A stretch of 64,000 bases of DNA. Source: Pirellulales bacterium. Lineage in GTDB: Bacteria > Planctomycetota > Planctomycetia > Pirellulales > PALSA-1355. The notes beneath the pieces are model-generated. The model worked only from the letters and a program-made list of their open reading frames with translations. It was not told the origin of the DNA and made no database searches. The stretch spans positions 32,001 to 96,000 of the forward strand of contig CAVTBU010000006.1 of the NCBI GenBank assembly GCA_963733035.1. Direction: 5' to 3'. Shown in pieces: positions 20,662 through 31,600 of this stretch (the first letter of the stretch is position 1; every line of letters begins with the position of its first letter). A program made the translations under genes and the position numbers.

Positions 20662-23550
20662 ATGGCACGTCGCGAGCGACTCTTTCCATTTGGCGTGCGC
20701 GCCCGACGCGCGATGTCAAGTTGGCGAACCCGTGGATACCTGCATGTCGAGGGATTGGAGGTCCGCCGGCTGCTGCACGCCGGTTACGATGACGGCGACA
20801 GTGATCCAGTGGTTCAGCCAATTTTTCAAGAGCCTGTTCCCGGTGACATCGTGCCGGCACTGGGGACCGAGCCCTTGCATTCGCTGTCGAGCATTCCTGC
20901 ATTGAACAGCCTGCTAGGCGCGGCGGCGTCGGTGTATCTCGACTTCGACGGGAACTACGAGCCAAGCTGGGGCAGCTACGGCAGCGTCACGACACCGGTC
21001 TACGACCGTGATGGCGATCCCAGCTCATTCAGCGATAGTGAACTATCGGCGATCGAACAAATCTGGGAACAGGTGTCCGAAGACTTTTCACCCTTTGACC
21101 TGAACGTAACGACGGTCGAACCGTCAAGCTTTGCCAACGGTGTCGCCGTGCGTGTTTCCATCGGGGGCGACGGCGCCTGGACTGGCGGATCCTATGGGGG
21201 AATCGCCTACGTCAATAGCTTTACAAACAGCGTCGTCAATACGGTTTTCGTGTTTCCCGATCACCTAAGCAACGGAAACCCGAAGTTTGTGGCCGAGGCC
21301 AGCTCGCACGAGACCGGCCACTCCTTTGGGCTCAATCACCAGAGCCAGTACAACTCGTCCGGGCAAAAGTTGGCTGAATACTATACGGGTCCCGGGAACG
21401 GCACCGCGCCGATCATGGGCAATAGCTATAGCGCTACCCGAGGGCTGTGGTGGTATGGCACTTCGTCCGAAGGCCCGGGCGTCATGCAGGACGACTTGGC
21501 GACCATTAGCCGAGCGCAGAACGGTTTTGGTTACCGACCGGACGACTATGGGAACACCGCGGCCACGGCGGCACCTATTCCCAGCCTTGATGGGCACCTG
21601 CAAGCGAGCGGCGTGATTACCACGATCAGCGACCTCGACTATTTCGCGTTTGACACCGATGCGGGGCAAGTCACACTGACTTTGACGTTGCCGGCCCAGA
21701 ATAATCTCGACGCGCGACTGGAGCTTCGCAATGCGGACGGAACGTTGATCACGTCGGACGCACCCACCGACAGCTTCGGCGCCATGATCGTGGCCGACCT
21801 GCAGGCGGGGAGCTATCGAGTCGTGGTGGCGTCACAAGGCAACTACGGTGACATCGGCCAATACACGCTGACCGCCGACGTTCTGGCCCCGTCGATTGAA
21901 GGAAACGTTTATTTTGATGCCAATCGCGACGGTAACTTTGGCCTGGACGAAAACGGGCTTGCGGGCTGGACGGTATTTGACGACGTGAACGGTAATGGAG
22001 TCTGGGACGCAACCCCGACAAGCACGATTATCGCTTCCGATACGCCACGTGCGATTCCGACACTGGGCGCAGTGCGGTCAACGATCGTTACGTCCGGGCT
22101 GGGTGGTACGATTCTCGACGTGAATGTTCGGCTGACACTCCAGCATTCGAACATTTCAAATCTCGTTCTTGCCTTGACCAAACCGGACGGGACGACGACG
22201 ACGTTAATGGCCGTCAACCCAACGGGTGGGACCAGCATGCTCGATACCCGGTTTGACGACGAAGCAGCGACGTCAATCAGCGACGCTGCCGCTCCTTATA
22301 GCGGCACATTTCGCCCGCTCGGATCGCTGGCGGGAATAATTGGCAAGAATCCTAACGGCACGTGGAAACTGCTGGTCAGCGATATCGTGGGGGGCAGCGG
22401 TGGCACGCTTGATGATTTCGAGCTGGAAATCACGACCAGCATGCCGGAACCAAGCACCACGACCGACGCGCAAGGGCGCTACCTATTTGCGTTTTCGAGT
22501 TCCGGCACGCACCACATTCGCTTGGTCAATCAGCCTGGGTACGTCCAAACGGCTCCGCCGAGTGGTGGCTATGATTTGACAGTCGATTCCGGGGTGTCGG
22601 TCGCCGGTCTCGATTTCGGTGTTGCGCTGCCGGCGGTCGTAGGACGAGCACTGTTCTATAACCATTCAAAGTTTGACGGCAACGACTCCGCCATTAGCGC
22701 CGCCGATGATCTTGCGATCGCGGCCGATAAGCAAGCTTATTTGCCGGGCAGTGGGCCGGCCACGTTTGGAAATATCTCAAGCTACACGCGCGGGATCAAT
22801 GGATTGATCGTCGACGTTGCCGGTTTGGCCGGGCCGATCACGGCCGATGATTTCCTTTTTCGCACAGGAAGCGACAATGTACCTGGAACCTGGCAGACGG
22901 CACCCGCCCCTGCCGCCGTGAGTGTTCGTCCGGGTGCCGGCATCAACGGTGCCGACCGCGTCGAGATCACCTGGGCCGACAGTCAGATTGAAAACACGTG
23001 GCTTGAAGTAACGGTGAAAGGGGACGACTTGACAGGCGGATTCGACTCGAATACTGGGCTACCCGCGTCGGATGTGTTCTACTTTGGCAACCGCGTCGGT
23101 GATACGGGTTCGGGCACTCCGACGCTGGCAGTAACGAACGCCAGTGACGAGATTGAGGCGCGAACGAACATCGGCTTTGACGTCGCGATCACAAATGCTT
23201 TCGACTTCAACCGTGATGGCCTCGTGAACGCCGGAGATCAAATCGCCGCACGACTGAACGGCGGCGTACTCACCAAGATCGACTTGCCGGCCGCTGCTTC
23301 GATTCCCGCCGGCGACGGTGGCAATGCAGTGGCTTCCGCGTTGGCGGTTACAGGCGACGATAGCAAAACACAGTCGAGTCCCGATTTAGTCGGTGCAATA
23401 CCCCATGACAATCGACGCCTAGGGCACCAGGACACGGTAGCGCACTTGATGGCGACAGACTCCGTAAAGCAATCCAATAGCCTCGTGAGTCATGAGTCGC
23501 TGACCGAATTGGCTATCGACGACGAACTGTTGGCTGACTTGCTCGGCTGA
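20662..23550 (+). CDS. Extracellular multidomain zinc metalloprotease (metzincin-like) with PPC, SdrD-B-like, proprotein convertase P and C-terminal dockerin-like domains
   Basis: Leader LHVEGLEVRRLLHA; HETGHSFGLNH with Met-turn APIMG; DLDYFAF (PPC); GNVYFDANRDG (SdrD-B-like); NGTWKLLVSD (P domain); DFNRDGLVNAGD. The start codon is uncertain (20557-20713). Confidence 0.8.
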   Translation: MARRERLFPFGVRARRAMSSWRTRGYLHVEGLEVRRLLHAGYDDGDSDPVVQPIFQEPVPGDIVPALGTEPLHSLSSIPALNSLLGAAASVYLDFDGNYEPSWGSYGSVTTPVYDRDGDPSSFSDSELSAIEQIWEQVSEDFSPFDLNVTTVEPSSFANGVAVRVSIGGDGAWTGGSYGGIAYVNSFTNSVVNTVFVFPDHLSNGNPKFVAEASSHETGHSFGLNHQSQYNSSGQKLAEYYTGPGNGTAPIMGNSYSATRGLWWYGTSSEGPGVMQDDLATISRAQNGFGYRPDDYGNTAATAAPIPSLDGHLQASGVITTISDLDYFAFDTDAGQVTLTLTLPAQNNLDARLELRNADGTLITSDAPTDSFGAMIVADLQAGSYRVVVASQGNYGDIGQYTLTADVLAPSIEGNVYFDANRDGNFGLDENGLAGWTVFDDVNGNGVWDATPTSTIIASDTPRAIPTLGAVRSTIVTSGLGGTILDVNVRLTLQHSNISNLVLALTKPDGTTTTLMAVNPTGGTSMLDTRFDDEAATSISDAAAPYSGTFRPLGSLAGIIGKNPNGTWKLLVSDIVGGSGGTLDDFELEITTSMPEPSTTTDAQGRYLFAFSSSGTHHIRLVNQPGYVQTAPPSGGYDLTVDSGVSVAGLDFGVALPAVVGRALFYNHSKFDGNDSAISAADDLAIAADKQAYLPGSGPATFGNISSYTRGINGLIVDVAGLAGPITADDFLFRTGSDNVPGTWQTAPAPAAVSVRPGAGINGADRVEITWADSQIENTWLEVTVKGDDLTGGFDSNTGLPASDVFYFGNRVGDTGSGTPTLAVTNASDEIEARTNIGFDVAITNAFDFNRDGLVNAGDQIAARLNGGVLTKIDLPAAASIPAGDGGNAVASALAVTGDDSKTQSSPDLVGAIPHDNRRLGHQDTVAHLMATDSVKQSNSLVSHESLTELAIDDELLADLLG

Positions 23551-23570
23551 CCAGACGAGCGAGCCTTTCT

Positions 23571-26500
23571 CTATTGCCACGGCGCCGTGGGCCAAAGAAT
23601 GGCCGTACCGTCGAGACTTGCGCTAAGTACGAGACGCCCGTCCGATGAAAATCCGACGGACGTCACGGCCTGGTCGTGATAGCGTAGCGTGAGTAGTTCT
23701 TTACCGCTTGTCGGTGCGCCCGAGTTCGGAGATCCAGGTGCATTTGCAATCGGTTCCGCTCGCTCCAGTTCGGCGTCCCATATTTTGACCAATCGGTCGC
23801 GGCTGCCCGTGAGGGCGCGTCGACCGTCAGGTGAAAAGCCCACGGCACCGACGATGTCCGTATGGCCTGCATAGCGCGTAAGTTTTTCATGAGTCACGGC
23901 GTCGAACACGACCGCTTCGCCATTTGCAAAACCGGCAATGATTCTTTGTCCATCGCGCGAGTACGCCACGGCATGCACGGGGGCGGTGCCGCGCCATGTG
24001 GCCACGCTGACGCCGTCGGCGACGTTCCAAATTCGAAGCGTCGAGTCGTTTCCCGCGGTCAGTACTTGATTGCCGTTCGGGGAGAAAACTGCCGCCAAGG
24101 GGGCCGCCGGCTCGTTGGGGTCTGTCGCGTGATGGAGGACATGCAGCACTTTGCGAGTGGGCCAATGCCACAGCCGCACGGTCCCGTCTTCTGAGGCTGT
24201 AAGTAGGAGGTTTTCCTCCGCCGGTGAGAATTGGACGCTGCTTAGCGGGCCGTTATGTTCGGCCGGAAGTTGCAACTCGGCCAGCCCGGTGCTGATATTC
24301 CAGATCTTGGCCCGTCGATCCGATCCCCCCGTGACGGCGAACTTGCCGCTTGCGGAAAAAGCCGTGGAGGTGATGCCGCTGTGCGGCTTGAACTGAAGTT
24401 CCGGCCGGTCGGAATTACCGGCTGGCCACAGCGCCGCGCCGTTCCCGCCGATCGTAAGCACGCCGGCGCCGCGTGGTGCATCGAGAGCCGCCCAAATTCC
24501 CTCATGGCGATTGGACAGGTCGAGATACGGCCCACCACCCGGCGCGGTCACTTCGACTCTGGCGACCAGGTCGAAGCGTCGCACGATCCCTCCTTCCGTT
24601 TCATTTGATTGAACGAGCGTGCCCGCTAGGAGAAGCCCGCGACCGTCAGTCGTGTAGGCAATGGAGGAAAGTGCCTCTGGCCCGCGATAGACTTCACCGG
24701 CGGCCGTCCCCTGGTCGATGTCCCACAGTCGGACAATACACTGTCGCGTGCCGCCTGGACTATCCTCTGACAGCGTTGCCACTTGCTGGCCGTCCGGCGA
24801 GATTGCCAGACCGATGACGGGCATATCGAACGCGTCGCGCCGTTGGAGATCTCCTAATACTAGCATCGCGGGAAGTTCTTGCCCGCTTGCAACGTCCCAC
24901 TGGGCTACCGTGCCGTCCAAACTAGACGTTAGCAGTCGCTTGCCGTCGGGCGTGAAATGGGCGGCCGTGATTCCGGCCGTGTGGCCTCTAAGCGTACGCG
25001 CCAATGTGCCGGTGGTCGTGTGCCAAAACTTGCCGGTGCCGGCCTCATCGCCAGAAAAGAGGAGTAGTCCGTCAGGTGAAATTGCCAGCGCCGTGACGAG
25101 GGCAGCATGCCCGGTTCCAAAGGCCGTATCGGCGAGCATCTGCCGCTCGGCGTGATTGCCTTCGGGATCGACTCGCCACAGTGACAACTGCACACGAGTG
25201 TCGAACGTGCGCTGTGCACGTTCGTCTGGTTCGCTATTGCCGGTTAAAATCCACCTTCCGTCGCGCGAAACGGCAATCGTTGCATTGCGGCCCGTGTGTT
25301 CGAGCGTTTGCAATTGGCTGCCAGTGGCGGCGTCCCAAATGCGGGTCGTGCGGTCACCGCCCGCGGTCAGCAACCGGCGGCCGTCGTGGAAATAGGCCGC
25401 TCGGGTTGCCAAGAAATCGTGTCCTTCGTTGAGCGTCACGACGGGCTTGCCCGTATCAGCTTGATACACACGAGCGACATGGTCGTTGCCCGCCGTGATG
25501 ACACGATTTCCATCATGCGAAAACGCGGCAGCTAATACGGCGTCGGCATGACCCACAAGCGCGACACCTTGCGGTGCCGCCTTGTAGTCCACGAGATCCC
25601 ACAACTTGATTTCTCCTTCCTGGCCGCCCGAGACAATTTGTTGACCATCCGGCGCAATTGCGCAGGATTGCACCGGTCGGCTATGACCCTTTAGTTGTGC
25701 GTGGGGCCGGCCGGTGAGAACTTCCCAAATCCGCATGGTGTTGTCGTCTCCTCCCGAGAGTACGTACTGGCCGTCGGGAGAGAATTGCACCGAGCGAACA
25801 GGACCGGCGTGTCCTTCCAACGCCCGGCTATCTTGAGGTGCGAGCGGTTGTCCGGTCGCCACGAGTTGTCTGAGATCGACGTCTGCGATCGTATCGGGTT
25901 GCCAGATGAGCACGCGCTTGTCGTAGCCGCCGGTGACCACTTGTCGACCGTCAGGGGAGAACGCTGCGGCGAAAACGGCGCCTTGATGTCCGAGGAAAAC
26001 TTTCCGTGCCACGAGGCGATCGTTAGAGCGCGCCTGCGAGGGCTCGAACTTCCAGATAATCACTCGGCCATCGTCTCCGGCCGTGACAATTTGGCTTTTA
26101 TCAGCACCAAAGGCTACCGCCCAAACCGGACCGTAGTGACCGCGTAGCGGGGAGCCTTCCGTCTCTCGTTGTTTGGTAACCTCCCACACGCGCGCCGAGC
26201 CATCGCTGCCTGCGGAAACCACCCAGCGGTCATCGGGAGAAAAGTCGAGGCTGAGTATTCGCCCAGAATGGCCAGACATTTTTCCGACCAGATCGCCATC
26301 GTGCGCATCGACAAGGTGAATTTGGCCGTCGTCGCCCGCCGCCGCGATGCGATTGCTGTTGGACGAGATGGCCGCGGCGTAGATGGGACTGCTCGATTTG
26401 CAGGCCCACTTTTGTTGCCCACTCTTGCGGTCCCAAGCATGCAGATGCGCATCATCGCCGGCCGTGACAAACCATTCGCCGTCCGGAGAAAAAGCCACGG

Positions 26501-28613
26501 CTCTCACGGCACCCTCGGCCGGGAAATCGAGACCACGGCTGCACAGTCGCTTCAGGTATCCCCATTCCCAATCGCGGAGTTCCGCCGGCTGGCAATCGGC
26601 GAGGAGCGCCGTCGCCGTATCGAAGGCGTTCTCCTCGATCTTGGCAGCGGCCATGCCGATGCGGGCCACGTAAGCCGCACGTTCTTCGCCATGACGGGCG
26701 GAAATTGCCTCGGCTTCTTTTTCCTCGGCGACGACGCGCGCCGCTTGGGCCTTGTCGCGCTCAACCTGGGCTTGACGTTGTGCCTCGTTGGCTTTTTCCC
26801 GTTCGTCGTTGGCAATTTTCGTTTGCGTTTCCGCTTCTCGGCGCTGCTCGTTGGCGATCTTCGTCTGCTCGACGGCCCGTTCTCGTTCGTCGTTGGCAAT
26901 TTTCGTTTGCGTTTCCGCTTCTTGGCGCTGCTCGTTAGCGATCACCGTTTGCTGCTCGGCGAATCGGCGTTGCTCGGCCTCGCGGTTTTTCGCCGTCGTT
27001 ACAAGCACCAAGGCGATTGAGATTACGCCGACAACCACCACCGCCAACGCGGCGGCGATCCGCTTGAATCGTGAGAGCCATTTCTGCCTGGCCGACCGTT
27101 CTTGTTGAGCGGCCTCCAGCTCGCTGCGCAATTTGATGTGCTCGGGGTTACTCGCATCGAGCAGCGAGGCTCCCAACTCAAAGTCGCCCTTGAGCTTCGC
27201 ACTCGTGGCATAAGCCAGTTGTGTTTCTCCAACCCCTGTTCGCGCCCGGGCGTTTCCGTTCCACAACGCCTGTGCTTCTTCAAATCCGAACAGGGCTCGG
27301 GCAAAGCTTTGATAATCGCCGGCCTGTTTCGCATGGGCCAACTCTTGATCGGCGCGCGTGGAGAGCGAAATACTCTCCATGTGCGAGTGATAGTCGCGGA
27401 GCGCCGATTGAAATTCCTGCACACTGGCGTAGCGATCAGCGGGTTGCGTGGCCATTGCCCGATAGGCAATATCCAGCAACTCCCCCGATTTTTCGGTCGG
27501 CTGGATTTCGTTTCGCGCGGCAGCCAGCAAGCATTCCTGCGCCGACTTGCCATGATGCGGACGTAGACTCGTGGCCACCTCGAATAGAAGTGCCCCGAGC
27601 AGATAGATGTCGCACGGTGGACCGATCAGCTCAAAGGGCCCCGTGACCATTTCCGGCGCCATGTAGGCCGGCGTGCCACCCATGCTGTCGCGCCCGGTGA
27701 CGAACTCCGCGTGACGAAAGCTGGCGGTCGCCAGGGCCAACCCCCAGTCCATCACCAGCACTTCTCCGAAGTCACCAAGCATCACATTTTCGGGCTTTAG
27801 ATCTCGATGCACGACCCCGTTGGCGTGAGCAAAAGCGACGGCATCGGCCACCTTCATGAGAATCTCTAGATTCTCGCCCATCGGTTTCTTGCCAATGACG
27901 TGCGACCAGGGTGTGCCCTGTACGCGCTTCATCGAGTAGAACAGCGCATTGTGCTCGTCCGCGCCCAGTTCGTAGATCGGCACGATGTTCGGGTGGTCGA
28001 GATCGCCGGTGACGACCGCTTCGGACAGGAACTTTTCGCGCCGCTCAGGATTGGCAGCCACTTGCGGCCGAATCATCTTGACGGCCACAAGGCGATCAAC
28101 TGACGCCTGCCGCGCAGAGTAAACCACGCCCATGCCGCCTTTGCCGATCACCTGCAGTAGCTCGTAATCGGCGCTGGTCGTAGGGCGGGGCGTCGCCTTT
28201 TCTTCCACACCGCGAAGTCCGCGGAGATTGACAACCAGTGACGATCCGGCGTCACTACCGCTGGCTGCCTGGCTTTCGACTTTGAGCGAAGAACGTTCCG
28301 TCGCGTCGCCCTCGACGGCGCCTTGCCAGGTGTTGGTGATCAGTTCAACGCTTTGTCGGGACAACTTGCGGGGGGCAATGTTGATCGATCGCTGTTCGCT
28401 TCCGTGGAACTCGAGGGTCGCGTCGGGAGTGCCTTTGTGGGTGACCGCAGGGGAAACTGGCGGTTCGCCGAACTCAGCGGTGACATCGAGCGTTGGCGCA
28501 TGCGGTCCCTCCGTTGATGTGCCGGCACCTTTGATTGCGTAGCCGCAATGCGGGCAGTTGCCGTCCTCGGGCAAACGTTTGAGGATGCTCTTGCAGCCTG
28601 GACAAATGAGCAT
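23571..28613 (-). CDS. Membrane Ser/Thr kinase with N-terminal Zn ribbon, one TM helix, coiled coil and about 20 WD40 repeats
   Basis: CPGC...CPHC; IGKGGMGVV, VAVK, HRDLKPEN, DWG, GTPAYMAPE; TM IAAALAVVVVGVISIALVLV; many GH...FSPDG...W repeats. Confidence 0.92.
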   Translation of the reverse strand: MLICPGCKSILKRLPEDGNCPHCGYAIKGAGTSTEGPHAPTLDVTAEFGEPPVSPAVTHKGTPDATLEFHGSEQRSINIAPRKLSRQSVELITNTWQGAVEGDATERSSLKVESQAASGSDAGSSLVVNLRGLRGVEEKATPRPTTSADYELLQVIGKGGMGVVYSARQASVDRLVAVKMIRPQVAANPERREKFLSEAVVTGDLDHPNIVPIYELGADEHNALFYSMKRVQGTPWSHVIGKKPMGENLEILMKVADAVAFAHANGVVHRDLKPENVMLGDFGEVLVMDWGLALATASFRHAEFVTGRDSMGGTPAYMAPEMVTGPFELIGPPCDIYLLGALLFEVATSLRPHHGKSAQECLLAAARNEIQPTEKSGELLDIAYRAMATQPADRYASVQEFQSALRDYHSHMESISLSTRADQELAHAKQAGDYQSFARALFGFEEAQALWNGNARARTGVGETQLAYATSAKLKGDFELGASLLDASNPEHIKLRSELEAAQQERSARQKWLSRFKRIAAALAVVVVGVISIALVLVTTAKNREAEQRRFAEQQTVIANEQRQEAETQTKIANDERERAVEQTKIANEQRREAETQTKIANDEREKANEAQRQAQVERDKAQAARVVAEEKEAEAISARHGEERAAYVARIGMAAAKIEENAFDTATALLADCQPAELRDWEWGYLKRLCSRGLDFPAEGAVRAVAFSPDGEWFVTAGDDAHLHAWDRKSGQQKWACKSSSPIYAAAISSNSNRIAAAGDDGQIHLVDAHDGDLVGKMSGHSGRILSLDFSPDDRWVVSAGSDGSARVWEVTKQRETEGSPLRGHYGPVWAVAFGADKSQIVTAGDDGRVIIWKFEPSQARSNDRLVARKVFLGHQGAVFAAAFSPDGRQVVTGGYDKRVLIWQPDTIADVDLRQLVATGQPLAPQDSRALEGHAGPVRSVQFSPDGQYVLSGGDDNTMRIWEVLTGRPHAQLKGHSRPVQSCAIAPDGQQIVSGGQEGEIKLWDLVDYKAAPQGVALVGHADAVLAAAFSHDGNRVITAGNDHVARVYQADTGKPVVTLNEGHDFLATRAAYFHDGRRLLTAGGDRTTRIWDAATGSQLQTLEHTGRNATIAVSRDGRWILTGNSEPDERAQRTFDTRVQLSLWRVDPEGNHAERQMLADTAFGTGHAALVTALAISPDGLLLFSGDEAGTGKFWHTTTGTLARTLRGHTAGITAAHFTPDGKRLLTSSLDGTVAQWDVASGQELPAMLVLGDLQRRDAFDMPVIGLAISPDGQQVATLSEDSPGGTRQCIVRLWDIDQGTAAGEVYRGPEALSSIAYTTDGRGLLLAGTLVQSNETEGGIVRRFDLVARVEVTAPGGGPYLDLSNRHEGIWAALDAPRGAGVLTIGGNGAALWPAGNSDRPELQFKPHSGITSTAFSASGKFAVTGGSDRRAKIWNISTGLAELQLPAEHNGPLSSVQFSPAEENLLLTASEDGTVRLWHWPTRKVLHVLHHATDPNEPAAPLAAVFSPNGNQVLTAGNDSTLRIWNVADGVSVATWRGTAPVHAVAYSRDGQRIIAGFANGEAVVFDAVTHEKLTRYAGHTDIVGAVGFSPDGRRALTGSRDRLVKIWDAELERAEPIANAPGSPNSGAPTSGKELLTLRYHDQAVTSVGFSSDGRLVLSASLDGTAILWPTAPWQ
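26790..26960 (-). repeat. Intragenic tandem repeat (42/84-nt period) encoding a 14-aa coiled-coil unit
   Basis: A 39-nt exact duplicate lies at 26800-26838 and 26884-26922; the protein reads QTVIANEQRQEAET/QTKIANDERERAVE/QTKIANEQRREAET/QTKIANDEREKANE. Confidence 0.85.
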
Positions 28614-28620
28614 TGGAGAA

Positions 28621-31600
28621 CTACCTCTCTCGGCGCAGGATGCGATGAAGCTTCGTCAACCGGCGCGACTCGTCTTCGGGCAATTGCCGGCGAAGTCGTC
28701 TCAACCGCAAACGCGGAGCCGTTAGGGCCGCGCCGGCAATCCCGAGTGGAATCGCCGCCGCGGAACGGTGCTCTTCATTTGTAGGCTCGGTGGGAGCCTC
28801 GGGCTTTGTCGTTACCGCACGCGCGATTTCGCTTGTCGCATCGTCGGCCGTGGGGATTGCCCGGGGTGGGGAATCGAGCTGGGCACCATCTTCGACTGGT
28901 GGGCCATCGACAGGCATCGCCTCCGGATCGAGTTGGATACTCCGCCCTTCATGGACGAGCACATCGACGACGAGCCGCTCAATACCATCCGGCTGAATCT
29001 GATAAATGCGGTAGTGCCCGTCGGGAAGCCTATTGAACAGCGCCCGTAAATTGTTGAGCAGTTCATCTGGTAGCGGTTCGTCGCGCGAACGTTCCTCCAA
29101 GCCGCCTGGAGTGACGACGCGCAACACCAGACGCGGTTCGGCGCCGGCGACTGAGGCAATGCGTGCTCCGCGGAAATCGATTCGCGACAGCGGGCTCGGC
29201 GGCGCGGCGCGAGGATCGATACCTCCCACGGGAACTGGAGGTGGTGGTTGTCCTCCACCTCCTCCACCGGGCGGCAAAAAAAGCGCTTGCGGAGGCGGGC
29301 GTAGCACAAACACAGTCACCTGAAACGTTCCGACGGCCACACCACCGTCATCGTCGGCCAGGCTGACTTTGACCGTGAAGGTTCCCGTGCTGGCGAACAG
29401 GTGTTGGGCGTTGAACGACCCGGACGTGAGGACGCCCGGTGAGCCCGGCGAAGTAATCGTCGCCGGTCCAGCCGTGAGAGGCGTGCCATCCTGCCAACTA
29501 ATCGAGAAGGTGAAGCGCTCGGTCACTTCGCCACCGACGTTGAGCGGGTTGTCGAAACCCGGGTCGCTGAACTTTCCAACACCCGGCAACTGTAGAAGTT
29601 GTCCAAGTGGAACGATTTGATTGGGACCCACGACGAGCGTCGGTGCGACATTATTGACCTGTACGTGCAGCGCCTGGCTGGCGGAGCGGCCATCGGAGGT
29701 CACAATTGTTACGACAACCGTGTACAACCCGTTGTCGGCGTAGGTATGCGCTCCGTTAAAGGAGCCGGTGACAATTCCCTCTTCGCCACCGCCTGGATTA
29801 ACAGTAGCCGGACCTGAATCGACCGGATTGCCATCTCCCCAATTGATGGAATAGGTATAGGAAGCCGCGCCGCCGATGCGAGGATCCGTAAACTGTCCGA
29901 TCTTGTCGACCGATAGCAGTGAGCCTTCGTTCGTGAGTTGGTTCGGCGCGGTGATCAGAATCGGTGCAACGCTACGGACGGTCACCATGAAGGTACCGAC
30001 GGACGAGCCACCGTCGTCGTCATTGACCGTGACGGTCACGGTGTAGTACCCAGCCGCCGCATAGGTGTGCGCGCCGCTGAACGAACCAGCCGTCAGCACG
30101 CCCGGTCCTCCGGGAACATTGATCGGTGCCGGTCCCGAGTTGACAGGCGAACCGTCACCCCAATCAATTGCATAGGTGAAACGTTCGGTGAGCTCCCCGC
30201 CGACATTGAGCGGATTGTCGAAACCGGGGTCGGTGAACTGGCCGATATTGGGCAGCGATAACAAGTCTCCTTCATCGACAACCTGATCGCCGGGCACAAT
30301 GAGCGTAGGCGCTACATTATTGACCGTGACTTCAAAAGTCTGCGATGTGGTGCCGCCATCGTCGTCGCTGATGGTGACGGTTACGGTATAGACGCCGTTG
30401 TCGGCATAAATATGGCTTCCGTCAAAGGAACCTTGGGTTGGCATTCCCGGCTTGCCGAATAGGTCAATCGTCGCGGGGCCCGAGTTGGTTGGGGTGCCGT
30501 CGCCCCAGTTGATTGCGTACGTGAAGGTTTCGCTGACCTCACCGCCGACGTTAAGTGGGTTATTGAAGCCCGGGTCGGTGAACTGGCCGATATTTGGCAC
30601 CGACAGGAGCGACCCTTCATTGACGACTTGATTTGGCGCGACGGCGAGCGTTGGCGCCACATTGTTGACGGTAACGTTGAAGGTCTGTTGCGCCACTCCT
30701 CCGTCATCGTCGCTCACCGTAACCGTGACGGTGTACACGCCGTTATCGGCGTACGTGTGACTGCCGTCGAAGGATCCTTGCGTCGGCACGCCCGGGCTGC
30801 CCGGTACATCGATCGTTGGGGGGCCGGAATTAAGCGGCGTGCCGTCGCCCCAGTTAATGGCGTACGTGAATTTCTCGCTGACTTCACCACCGACATTGAG
30901 CGGGTTGTTGAAGCCCGGATCGGTAAACTGTCCGATATTGGCTACGGCCAACAACGAGCCTTCATTCACGACTTGGTTGGGGGCCACGGTGAGGATCGGC
31001 GCGACATTGTGGACGACGACCGTGAAGGTTTGGGCAGCACTTCCTCCGTCGTCGTCGTTCACCGTTGCGGTGACGGTATAGATGCCATTGTCGGCATAGG
31101 TGTGACTGCCGTCGAAAGATCCTTGCGTCGGTACGCCCGGACTACCCGGCACATCAATGGTCACTGGGCCTGAGTTGACCGGGGTTCCGTCTCCCCAGTC
31201 GATGGCGTAGGTGAATTTCTCGCTGACTTCACCACCGACATTGAGCGGGTTGTCGAAGCCGGGATCCTCGATCTGTCCGATGTTTGTGATCGTCAGCAGC
31301 GAACCTTCATTGACCGACTGGTTTGGCGCGACGGTGAGGGTGGGGGCGACGTTGTTGACGCGCACTGTAAACGTTTGCGCAGCGCTACCACCGTCGTCGT
31401 CGTTGAGAGTGACTGTGACGGTATATACCCCGTTGTCTGCGTAGATGTGGCTCCCATTGAACGATCCCTGCGTGAGCACCCCCGGGCTGCCCGCGACGTC
31501 AATCGTTCCAGGACCAGAACTGACGGCCGTGCCGTCGCCCCAGTCGATCGCGTAGGTAAATTTCTCCGAGACCTCGCCGCCTACGTTAAGCGGGTTGTCA

